Below are positions 9,187-17,529 of a DNA stretch of 64,000 nucleotides, one piece after another (the first letter of the stretch is position 1; each line of letters starts with the position of its first letter). The translations under genes and the position numbers were made by a program. The notes beneath the pieces are model-generated. The model was given only the letters and a program-made list of their open reading frames with translations, was not told the DNA's origin and did not search any database. This DNA comes from an uncultured Actinomycetes bacterium. Its GTDB lineage: Bacteria > Actinomycetota > Thermoleophilia > Gaiellales > Gaiellaceae. The DNA lies in the NCBI GenBank assembly GCA_963847985.1, contig CAWKBS010000009.1, forward strand, positions 59,470-123,469, read 5' to 3'.

Positions 9187-10850
9187 GCGCCCGCCAGCGG
9201 GATGCGCACCGTGAACGTCGCGCCCGCCCCCGCGGCCGACTCGACGTCGAGCGTCCCGCCATGGGCCTCGGCGATCGAGCGGGCGATGTAGAGCCCCAGG
9301 CCGGCACCGGGCTTGGAGAGGCCGCCCTGGCTCACCCTGCCGAACTTCTCGAAGATGAGCCGGTGCGATTCGGCGGGGATCCCCGGGCCGTGGTCGCTCA
9401 CGCTGACGGCAACGACGCCGTCCTCCCTTGCGGCGGCCACCTCTACCTCGTCGCCCGTGACCGTGTACTTCACCGCGTTCGCCAGCAGGTTCCACAGGAG
9501 CTGGCGCAGGCGCTCCCGGTCGGCCTGGACCGGCGGGAGCGCGGACGGGACGCGTGTCGTCACACGCACCTCGTCCTGGCCGAGCGAGACGACCGCGGCC
9601 GTCTCGCGGACGAGCTCCTCGACGTCCACGGCGGCGAAGGCGTACGGGAAGGTTCCCGCTTCGATCCTCGACGTGTCGAGGACGTCGCCGACGAGGTCGG
9701 AGAGGCGCGAGGTCTCGCTCTCGATCAGGCCGAGGAACGACTCGCGCTGCTCCTGCGTCAGGTCGCGCCAGCGGTGGTTCAGCGTCTGCGCGCAGCCGAT
9801 CACGGAGGCCATCGGAGCGCGAAGCTCATGCGAGACCATCGAGACGAAGTCGGCGCGGAGCGACGACAGGCGTCGCAGCTCCTCGACGGCGCTGCGCTGG
9901 GCCTCGTAGGCCCTGATGTTCTCGACAGCGGCGGCGACCTGGCCGGCGAAGAGCATGACCATCTCGACCTCCTCGGACGTGAAGGACGGCCCGTCGTCGC
10001 GCGCGACCGTGAGCGTGCCGAGCGTGCGGTCGGCGAGGGCGAGCGGCGCCACGATCTCCTCACCCCCCTCGCCGCCGAGGATGCCGCCCGAGGAGGCGAA
10101 GACCATGTCGGCCTCCCCGGCGAGCCCGATCTGGAGCCGGTCGAAGGCGATCATGCTCTGGAGCTCGTGCCTGAACGCGGCAAAAGCCCGGCGCTGGTCG
10201 AGCGAGGAGCCGAGCGCGCGCGCTGCGCGGTTGACGGCTTCGAGCACGTCCGCGCGGCGCTCGAGGCGGTCGCGGAGGTCCTCCGCTTCGGCGGCCCGTG
10301 CCTCCGCCACGGCCGTCTCGGCCCGCAGGCGGTCGACGAGCCAGCCGACGACGAGGCCGATCAGGAGCTGGAGGCCGAACGGGAGCGTGACGTGATCGAA
10401 GTCGAAGGGCGGCGGCCCGAACTCCTCGGCGCGCCACCATTCGGCGAGGAAGACGAGCGGCAGGACCACGACCGGGACGATCGCGCCGCCCTTGACCCCG
10501 TAGCGGAGCGCGCCCTCGATCACGGGGATGTAGAGGATCCCCCAGGCGGGCGTGCTCGGCTCGAACGTGTAGACGAAGACGAACGCGTACACGATCGCCG
10601 TGTCGAAGGCGAGCGCGAGGAACCCGATGCGGCCGAGGGCCTTGCGGTCGAGGTCACGGCGGGCGAGCCAGAAGAAGGCGACGGCGCCGAGCGAGAGCGT
10701 AACCGCGGTGGCCCAGCCCCAGCGCTCGTAGCCCGGCGGATGCTTGTCGCCGACGACGGCGACCTCGAAGAGGGCGAACGGCACCGCGATGACGCGGACC
10801 CATGCGATCCAGATCTCCGTGCGTCGAAGGCGCTCGAACTCACCGCTCAC
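9183..10850 (-). CDS. membrane sensor histidine kinase with GAF-like domain
   Basis: N-terminal TM helices. HisKA box VSHELRAPMASVIG. HATPase N/G boxes LLANAVKY and DHGPGIP...GLGLYIA. GTG 10850 overlaps the queG stop (GTGA). Confidence 0.85.
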   Translation of the reverse strand: MSGEFERLRRTEIWIAWVRVIAVPFALFEVAVVGDKHPPGYERWGWATAVTLSLGAVAFFWLARRDLDRKALGRIGFLALAFDTAIVYAFVFVYTFEPSTPAWGILYIPVIEGALRYGVKGGAIVPVVVLPLVFLAEWWRAEEFGPPPFDFDHVTLPFGLQLLIGLVVGWLVDRLRAETAVAEARAAEAEDLRDRLERRADVLEAVNRAARALGSSLDQRRAFAAFRHELQSMIAFDRLQIGLAGEADMVFASSGGILGGEGGEEIVAPLALADRTLGTLTVARDDGPSFTSEEVEMVMLFAGQVAAAVENIRAYEAQRSAVEELRRLSSLRADFVSMVSHELRAPMASVIGCAQTLNHRWRDLTQEQRESFLGLIESETSRLSDLVGDVLDTSRIEAGTFPYAFAAVDVEELVRETAAVVSLGQDEVRVTTRVPSALPPVQADRERLRQLLWNLLANAVKYTVTGDEVEVAAAREDGVVAVSVSDHGPGIPAESHRLIFEKFGRVSQGGLSKPGAGLGLYIARSIAEAHGGTLDVESAAGAGATFTVRIPLAGA

Positions 10851-11857
10851 GGGACGTCCTCCAGCCGGGCCAGGGCCCACCCTGCATGCTCGCTGAGCAG
10901 CGAGTCGTCGCCCTCGGCATGCGGGCGCACGGCTTCCACCAGGCTTCTATCGGCCGAGTTGCCGGCGGCGACAAGAGCATTTCGCCGCAGGTAGCGCGCG
11001 TCGTTCCGCGGGAAGTAGAGCCTCGCGTAGCGATCCCGCAGCTCCTCGTCCGGCAGGCTCAGCCACTCGAGGAGCGAGACCACCGGCTCGGCGTCCGGCG
11101 CGGGCTCGGTCCCGGCGCGCCGCTTCTCGACGCCCCGGTTCCAGGGGCAGACGTCCTGGCAGATGTCGCAGCCGTAGACCTGGGCGCCGAGCTCCTCGCG
11201 GTAGCCCTCCGGGATCGGCGCCGGTGCCTGCGTCCAGTAGGAGAGGCACTTGGTCGCATCCACGACGCCGGGCTCGTCCAGGGCGTCCGTCGGGCAGGCG
11301 TCGATGCAGAGCGTGCACGAGCCGCAATCGAGCGCCAGCCCGCCGCTCGGCTCGATCTCGACGTCGGTGACGAGCGTTCCCAGCACGACCCAGGAGCCGT
11401 GCGTCCGCGTGATCAGCATCGTGTTCTTCCCGTAGAAGCCGAGGCCGGCCCGCACGGCGCCCTCGCGGTCGACGTGCTGGTTCGCGTCCACGAGCACGCG
11501 GTAGCTCCCGCCGAGCCGCTTCCCGAGGGCCTCCAGCTTGCCGCGCAGCTCTGCGTAGTGGTCGGCCCAGGCGTAGCGCGGCAGCCTCCCCTCGCCGGCG
11601 CCGGGCTCCGGCCCCGGCGCGTAGTAGCAGAGCGCTGCCGAGACGACCGTGCGGGCGCCGGGCAGGAGCGTCTCCGGATGGCACGAGACCTCCGGCTGGG
11701 CCATGGTGAAGCGCATGTCGGCGAACAGGCCGCGGGCGCGGCGGTCGCGGATCGCCTGCTCGGTCTCGGCGTAGGGCTGGGCGGCCGCTGCCCCGACGAC
11801 ATCGATTCCGAGCTCCAACCCCAGCCGGGCGAGCTCGTCGCTCGTCATCTCACGCAA
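10847..11857 (-). CDS. queG: tRNA epoxyqueuosine(34) reductase
   Basis: Two 4Fe-4S motifs, CGSCTLCIDACPTDAL and CDICQDVCPWN, plus a C-terminal HEAT-like tail. 336 aa. Confidence 0.8.
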   Translation of the reverse strand: MREMTSDELARLGLELGIDVVGAAAAQPYAETEQAIRDRRARGLFADMRFTMAQPEVSCHPETLLPGARTVVSAALCYYAPGPEPGAGEGRLPRYAWADHYAELRGKLEALGKRLGGSYRVLVDANQHVDREGAVRAGLGFYGKNTMLITRTHGSWVVLGTLVTDVEIEPSGGLALDCGSCTLCIDACPTDALDEPGVVDATKCLSYWTQAPAPIPEGYREELGAQVYGCDICQDVCPWNRGVEKRRAGTEPAPDAEPVVSLLEWLSLPDEELRDRYARLYFPRNDARYLRRNALVAAGNSADRSLVEAVRPHAEGDDSLLSEHAGWALARLEDVP

Positions 11858-11883
11858 GGTAGCACCGGCGGTACGATCGCCTC

Positions 11884-12867
11884 GTGAAGGCGATCCGCAT
11901 CCACGAGGACGGCGGGCCCGAGGTTCTCCGCTTCGAGGACGTCCCCGACCCGGAGCCGGGCCCCGGCGAGGTCCTGATCGGCCTCAGGGCGGCCTCCCTC
12001 AACCACCTCGACATCTGGCTCCGCCGCGGGCTTCCCTCGGCGCCGAAGCCCAGGATCCTCGGGGCCGACGGAGCGGGCGTCGTCGTCGGGCTCGGCGAGG
12101 GAGTCAACGGCTTCGCCGAGGGCGACGAGGTCGTGGTCAACCCGGGCCTGGACGACGGAGCCCGGATCGTGGGCGAGCACATGGACGGAACGCATGCCGA
12201 GCTGATCGCCCTCCCTGCAGACTACGTCTATCCGCTGCCGGACGGGCTTTCGTTCGAGGAGGCCGCGTCGTTCCCTCTCGTCTTCGAGACGGCGTACCGC
12301 ATGCTGGTCACGCGGGCCGGGCTCCGCGAGGGTGAATGGGTCTTCGTCTGGGGCATCGGCAGCGGCGTCGCCACCGCCTCGCTGCAGGTGGCCAAGGCGC
12401 TGGGCGCTCAGGTGGTGGTCACGTCGTCGAGCGACGAGAAGCTCGAGCGCGCGCGCGAGCTCGGCGCGGACGCGGCCGTCAACCATGCGACCGGCGACGT
12501 TGCCGGCGCCGTTCGCGAGGCGACCGGGGGCCACGGCGCGGACGTCGTGATCGAGCACGTCGGCGAGGCCACCTGGAAGACGTCGCTCCAGGTCGCCGCC
12601 ACGGGCGGCCGCATCGCCGTCTGCGGCGCCACGAGCGGCCCGAACCCCCCGGCCAACCTTCACCGGATCTGGTGGAAGCAGCTCACCGTGGTCGGCTCGA
12701 CGATGGGCACCCAGGAGGACTTCCGCGCCGTCTACGACCTCGTGGCGAGCGGCCGCGCCAAGCCTGTCGTCGACCAGGTCTTCCCGCTCGCGGAGGCAGC
12801 GGCGGCGCACGAGCATCTCGAGGCCGGCCGCCAGCTCGGCAAGGTCGTCCTCAGGATCCCCGCGTAG
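11884..12867 (+). CDS. zinc-type alcohol dehydrogenase / quinone oxidoreductase (MDR superfamily)
   Basis: MKAIRIHEDGGPEVL..., GEVLI...ASLNHLD, and GIGSGVATASLQVAKALGAQVV nucleotide fold. Confidence 0.85.
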   Translation: MKAIRIHEDGGPEVLRFEDVPDPEPGPGEVLIGLRAASLNHLDIWLRRGLPSAPKPRILGADGAGVVVGLGEGVNGFAEGDEVVVNPGLDDGARIVGEHMDGTHAELIALPADYVYPLPDGLSFEEAASFPLVFETAYRMLVTRAGLREGEWVFVWGIGSGVATASLQVAKALGAQVVVTSSSDEKLERARELGADAAVNHATGDVAGAVREATGGHGADVVIEHVGEATWKTSLQVAATGGRIAVCGATSGPNPPANLHRIWWKQLTVVGSTMGTQEDFRAVYDLVASGRAKPVVDQVFPLAEAAAAHEHLEAGRQLGKVVLRIPA

Positions 12868-12874
12868 GTCTCGG

Positions 12875-13078
12875 CTAGAGGACGATCCGCCGTGCCACGT
12901 CGTGCGGGCAGCCGGCGGCGACGAGCCTGCGCACCTCGGCGAGGTCGACCGGCGCCTTTGTCAGCGCCGACGCGTCGGTCGAGTTGAAGCCGAGGGCGAT
13001 GAACTGCGACCGGCGCCAGCGGCGCACCCGGGTGTCCTCGGGAAGCCCCGGCCGCCTCGTCTCCGCCTGTTCCCCCAT
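12875..13078 (-). CDS. small hypothetical protein (67 aa)
   Basis: Internal ATG 13078 of track ORF 12875..13135. Moderate GC3 and no motif recognised. Confidence 0.3.
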   Translation of the reverse strand: MGEQAETRRPGLPEDTRVRRWRRSQFIALGFNSTDASALTKAPVDLAEVRRLVAAGCPHDVARRIVL

Positions 13079-13178
13079 GCCTAAGAGTGTGCGCAAGAAT
13101 CGCCTGCGCGCACCCGCCGAAAGTCGAGTTCCCAAGTAACAGTCTGTTACTTGGAACGGGCTTCCGCCTCGCGGAGGG

Positions 13179-13478
13179 CTAGCCGAAGCCGAGAATGAAC
13201 TTGGCGTCGTCGGACATCCGCTCCGGGCTCCAGGGAGGGTCCCAGGTGAGCTCCATCTCGACGTCCTCGACGCCGTCCAGGCCGGCGACGACTTCCTGGA
13301 TCTGCTGCTCGATCATCGGCCCGACGGGACAGCCCATGGACGTGAGGCTGTAGGTGACGTGCACCTTGGGCCCTTCGATCTCGGCGTCATAGAGGAGGCC
13401 GAGCTCGACGATGTCCATCCCGAGCTCCGGGTCCTCGACGACCCGTAGCGCCTCGAAGATCTCTTCGCGCGTGGGCAT
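13179..13478 (-). CDS. DUF59 / SufT-like Fe-S assembly family protein
   Basis: EALRVVEDPELGMDIVELGLLY...TSMGCP matches the MIP18/DUF59 signature. 99 aa. Confidence 0.8.
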   Translation of the reverse strand: MPTREEIFEALRVVEDPELGMDIVELGLLYDAEIEGPKVHVTYSLTSMGCPVGPMIEQQIQEVVAGLDGVEDVEMELTWDPPWSPERMSDDAKFILGFG

Positions 13479-13487
13479 GTTCGAAGC

Positions 13488-14456
13488 CTAGCCGAGGAGG
13501 CGCACTTCCTCGCGCCGGTCTCGCGCGAAGAAGTGGATGCCGTCGACGAAGCGCACCCAGTTGTGGCGGGTGCACAGGACGAGCGAATGCGTTCGCGCGC
13601 TGTCGGTCAGGAAGCGGACGCCGCGCAGGAGGTCGCCGTTGGTGACCCCCGTCGCGGCGACGATCACCTCGCCCGGCGCGAGCTCGTCGGTCTCGAAAAC
13701 CTTGTAGAGGTCGTCGATCCCGTGCTCCTGCGCCTGCTCGATCTCGGCGCGGGAGGTCGGCCAGAACTGCGCCTGGAGCTCGCCGCCCAGGCAGCGGAGC
13801 GCCGCGGCGGAGAGCACTGCCTGGCGCGCGCCGCCGATGCCCACGGCGAGATGGTCGTTCGTGCCGCGGACGGCCGCGGTCACCGAGGCCGTGACGTCGC
13901 CGTCCTGGATGAGCTTGATGCGCGCGCCCGCGGCGCGGATCTCCTCGATCAGGTCGTGGTGGCGCGGCCGGTCGAGGACGATCGCGGTAATGTCGGCGGG
14001 GCGGCGGCCGTAGGCCTCGGCGATCGCAACGACGTTCTCGCCTATCGACTTCCCCAGGTCGATGGCGCCGCGGGCGACCGGGCCGACCGCCATCTTGCGC
14101 ATGTACATCTGCGGCAGCCGCGGGAAAGAGCCCGACTCGCCCACAGCGATCATGGACATTGCTCCGTAGTCGCCGCGCGCCACGACCGCGCGGCCTTCCA
14201 GTGGATCGACCGCGAGGTCGACCTCGGGCCCGCCGCTCCCGGCCGTGGCGCCGATTGCGATCGCATCGGCCTCCTCGTCGCCTCCGACGACGATCCTGCC
14301 GGTGATCGGCAGCGCGTCGAGGCCGTCGCGCATCGCTGTCGCCGCTGCGTCCTCGGCTCCCCTCACGTCGCCGCGGCCAAGCCACCGGGCGCTCGCGAGC
14401 GCAGCGCGCTCGGTCACCGCCGCGTACGCCTCGCACTGGCAGCGGTCGGTGCTCAC
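13488..14456 (-). CDS. divergent class II fructose-1,6-bisphosphatase (GlpX)-family protein
   Basis: GTG 14456 overlaps the 2PGK stop (GTGA). GlpX-like AVDPLEG, GDVTA, GIGGA and VAATGVTNGDLLRGV are present. The canonical GEGEKDEAPML metal region is replaced by GGDEEADAIAIG, and DPLEGT by DPLEGR. Confidence 0.75.
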   Translation of the reverse strand: MSTDRCQCEAYAAVTERAALASARWLGRGDVRGAEDAAATAMRDGLDALPITGRIVVGGDEEADAIAIGATAGSGGPEVDLAVDPLEGRAVVARGDYGAMSMIAVGESGSFPRLPQMYMRKMAVGPVARGAIDLGKSIGENVVAIAEAYGRRPADITAIVLDRPRHHDLIEEIRAAGARIKLIQDGDVTASVTAAVRGTNDHLAVGIGGARQAVLSAAALRCLGGELQAQFWPTSRAEIEQAQEHGIDDLYKVFETDELAPGEVIVAATGVTNGDLLRGVRFLTDSARTHSLVLCTRHNWVRFVDGIHFFARDRREEVRLLG

Positions 14457-15376
14457 ACCCGGGCCTGGGCCTGGGCGCGCTCGACCTCGGCGAGCACCAG
14501 GTGGATGACCCCGTTGACCGCTGACTCCATGCGCGTGTTCTCGATCACCGGCACGCCGGCCTTCTCGGCCCGCTCGACCAGGTAGTCCTGGATGCGGCGG
14601 ATCTCCGCGAGCGAGCGCAGGTACTTGTGCATCGGCCGCAGCCCCTGCGAGCCGGCGTCGCGGATCCAGAAGTGGCGGGCATGCTCGTCCTCGTCCGCGA
14701 TGGCGAGCATGCACTGGACGACGACCGCGTTGTCGTACGAGCGCGGCAAGGCCCCGGGGACGAGGTGAACGCCCTCGACGGCGAGCGAGTAGCCCTCCTC
14801 GAGCGCCCTGCCGATGACGGCCTTGACGCCGACGAGGACGTTCCGCGTCTGCTCCTTGAACCCGAGCAGCGCCGCGTCGACTTCCTCGCCCTCGTGGATG
14901 CGAACGGCGGGCCCCGCCTCGAAGCTCGAGTAGTGGATGGAGGGCATGAACTTCTGCGAGAAGAAGGCCCGCATCGTCTGGCGGACGGTGTCGGTGGAGG
15001 TGACGCGGGTGATCCCGAGCCGGTGGGCGATCTCGGTGGCGAGGGTCGACTTGCCGGTCCCGGTCGCGCCCCCGACCAGGAGGACGATCGGAAGGTCGAG
15101 CTCGCGCAGCGCCTGGAGGCGCCGCAGGAGGAGCACGGCGGCCTCGCCTTCGTGATCGGCCAGCACGGCGGCGGCCACGTCGTACAGCCGCTCGGGCCCG
15201 ACGGCCTCGTCCTCGTGGTTGCGCACCAGCTCGCCCTCGATCAGGCGCGCCAGCTCGTAAGCACGCTCGGGCCGGATGCCCGTGCCCATCAGGGTCTTGG
15301 CCATCAGCCCCTTGGAATAGGGGAGCACGACCTCGTCGGAGACGAGCGCTTCCGGCGGCCGGCGGTCGGTGTTCAC
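14453..15376 (-). CDS. pgk2: 2-phosphoglycerate kinase
   Basis: C-terminal 307 codons of track ORF 14453..16621. LPYSKGLMAKTL...AYELARLIEGEL (ATP-cone-like N-terminus), P-loop LVGGATGTGKST, STDTVRQTMR, VEGVHLVPG, and YLRSLAEIRRIQDYLVERAEKAGVPVIEN all match my recollection of archaeal 2PGK. GTG 15376 forms GTGA with an out-of-frame stop (see findings). Confidence 0.7.
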   Translation of the reverse strand: MNTDRRPPEALVSDEVVLPYSKGLMAKTLMGTGIRPERAYELARLIEGELVRNHEDEAVGPERLYDVAAAVLADHEGEAAVLLLRRLQALRELDLPIVLLVGGATGTGKSTLATEIAHRLGITRVTSTDTVRQTMRAFFSQKFMPSIHYSSFEAGPAVRIHEGEEVDAALLGFKEQTRNVLVGVKAVIGRALEEGYSLAVEGVHLVPGALPRSYDNAVVVQCMLAIADEDEHARHFWIRDAGSQGLRPMHKYLRSLAEIRRIQDYLVERAEKAGVPVIENTRMESAVNGVIHLVLAEVERAQAQARV

Positions 15377-16660
15377 ACCGCCGCCCTCGCCGCGATCGCC
15401 GCCTCGGCCAGCGCGTCGACGGCCGCCTCCAGGCCAGGCTCGCCACGCCAGCGGCAGCACCTCGTTGTCGGCGAACACGACCGGAAGCCGGCGGGTGTCG
15501 GCGGCTTCGGCGACGACGTCGATGGCCGCGGCCTTGATCTCGGTCAGGTAGACCTCGGCCCGCGCCGCGGCCGGCGAGTCGAGCTCGGCCAGCAGTGCGC
15601 TCCTGTCGGCCAGGCTCCCGGAGACGAAGACGACCTCGGCCCCGTGCTCGCGCTCCAGGTGCTCCCGAAGCCGATCGTGGATGACCGCCGGAGCGGTGGA
15701 GAAGAACGCGACACGGCGCCCGGCGACCGGCTCGGCCGGCCTCGGCCGGAGCACGGAGGCGATCACGGGCAGGTCCGGGTCGACGTCGGCGATCGCCACG
15801 CGAAGGGCGTCGACCTGCGCCCGCGTCGCGAGCGGCTCCTCGCACATGGTCAGCACGACGAGGTCGCTCAGGAGGATGCGATAGGCGCCGAGGTAGCCGG
15901 TGACCCCCTCGGGGCCCTGCTGGGCGCCGGCGACGAGGATGCGGGCGCCCGCCTCCACGGGCGGCACCGTCGCCCCGCTGGCCTCGAGCAGGACGAGGTC
16001 GGGCCCGAGCGCAGCGGCGACGCGCGCGGCCTCGGCGACGTTGGAGACGAACGGCTCGCCGGCCAGCCCGCCGCCGCAGCGCCGGGCGCCGACGGTCACG
16101 ACCTCGGCCAGCGCCGCGTCCTCGAGGTAGTCGGAGGCGGCGTGCACCCCGGAGCGCGAGAGGGCGAGGAGGTCGGCGACCGAGGGGGACGGCTGCATCA
16201 CGACCGGCTCGGCCGGGCCTCCCCTGCCCATGGCGACGACGACGACCTCGTGCGAGCCCGCGAGCAGGCGCACGACGTGGCCTGCCACGGCCGTCTTCCC
16301 CACGCGCTTGCCGGTGCCCATCACCGCGAGGGCCGGATGGCCCAGGGGCGCGAAGCGCACCGGGTCGAGCCGGAAATCGGCCCCGACGTACGGGACTCCC
16401 GCCGCGAGCGCGCGCGAGGCGAGCCGGAAGCGCCGGCGCGGGCCGACCACGGGCTCGTCGGAGAGGTCGACGACGACCTCGACGTCAGCCTCGGCCAGCG
16501 CCTCGGCGAGCGTCCTCCAGAGCGGGACGCCGTAGTCGGGCGTGCCGTCGCGCAGCTTCTCGGTCCCCCCGAGCAGGACCGCGCCCACCACCTCGTGGCT
16601 GAGCGAGCGGAGAGCCTCCACGACGACGTCGGGGTAGTGCTCGCCGTCGATCAGCGCCAG
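15373..16660 (-). CDS. cpgS: cyclic 2,3-diphosphoglycerate synthetase (frame change near 15445-15452; start unresolved)
   Basis: LIDGEHYPDVV, LLGGTEKL, DLSDEPVV, RFRLASRAL, GADF, GTGKRVGKTAV, VAMGRGGP, GVHAASDYLEDA, VGARRCGGG, EASGATVPPV, TMCEEP and TEIKAAAIDV follow the order I recall for Methanothermus fervidus cDPGS. The conserved N-terminus lies upstream of the first canonical start. The C-terminal 25 codons are in the +1 frame. Confidence 0.7.
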
Positions 16661-16666
16661 GGCTCC

Positions 16667-17452
16667 TCATTGCCGGCCGGTGAGCTCCGTCTCGATCCGC
16701 GCCGTGTACTTCTCGAACTCGAGCGTCTCGGTGGAGAACTGGATGATCCGCTCCTGCCCGTGGAAGGGGTATTTCCGCCAGACGTCGACGTGCTTGCCCT
16801 CGATTTCGATGAGGTTGTAGCACGGCCTCGTCTTGCCCCTGAGCCGAAGGGAGGAAACGGTGCCGGCGTTCACGACGAAGAGGTTCTCGAGGCGCCATGC
16901 GTACGGCACGTGCTTGTGACCGGAGAGGACGAGGTTGACGCCGATGTGCTGCAGGACCTCGAGCGCGTCGCCGGCGTCGTAGACCACGTTCCGCTCCCGG
17001 CCCGTGCCCGGGACAGGCAGCAGGTGGTGGTGGAGCACGAAGATGCGGAAGTCGGCGGGCTCGGCGAACTGCTCCTCGATCCACTGGTAGCGGCCGCGGC
17101 CGATGACGCCATGGTCGAGATCGGGCTCGGACGAGTCGACGGCGACGACGGAGACGCCGTCCACGTGCACCGCACGCCGGCGCTCGCCGAACAGCTCCTC
17201 GAAATGGATGTAGCCGACGTTCCGGGAGTCGTGGTTCCCCGGGACGATGACCACGTGGTCGCACGCGAGCCGTTCGAGGTAGGTCTTCGCCTCGGCGTAC
17301 TCCTGCTGGAAGCCGAAGGTCGTGAGATCGCCCGAGCAGACAACGATGTCCGGCTCGAGCTCGTTGATCTCCATGATCGCCCGGTCGGCCAGGTTCGGCA
17401 CGAAGTACGGCGAGCCGCAGTGGAGATCCGAGAAATGGGCGATCTTGAACAG
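16667..17452 (-). CDS. calcineurin-like metallophosphoesterase
   Basis: Motifs GDLT, GNHD, HHH and GHKH fall in track ORF 16667..17401. The first motif (HFSDLHCG, DxH) is in frame 5' of GTG 17401 and is reachable only from CTG 17452, which follows AAGGGAG plus 6 nt. Confidence 0.75.
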   Translation of the reverse strand: MFKIAHFSDLHCGSPYFVPNLADRAIMEINELEPDIVVCSGDLTTFGFQQEYAEAKTYLERLACDHVVIVPGNHDSRNVGYIHFEELFGERRRAVHVDGVSVVAVDSSEPDLDHGVIGRGRYQWIEEQFAEPADFRIFVLHHHLLPVPGTGRERNVVYDAGDALEVLQHIGVNLVLSGHKHVPYAWRLENLFVVNAGTVSSLRLRGKTRPCYNLIEIEGKHVDVWRKYPFHGQERIIQFSTETLEFEKYTARIETELTGRQ

Positions 17453-17529
17453 CGCGGGCTCCCTTGGTGGACGGCGGTAGCCGAAGTGTAGGGAGGGTCG
17501 TCCGGGGTCGTTGCTACCTTTTCTAGAGG

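Noticed and set aside
14453-16621. Taking the 722-aa ORF at face value as a natural bifunctional cDPGS-2PGK fusion
   Set aside because: The 25-codon linker has non-coding codon bias, whereas the +1 frame is coding-like and ends in a GTGA junction. The two-gene model with a 1-nt disruption explains the sequence better. It is kept open as a finding.
14627-17491. 954-aa plus-strand track ORF
   Set aside because: It is antisense to the cDPG operon, whose minus-strand products carry dense family motifs. The plus-strand translation is low-complexity (R/G/D/E/V).
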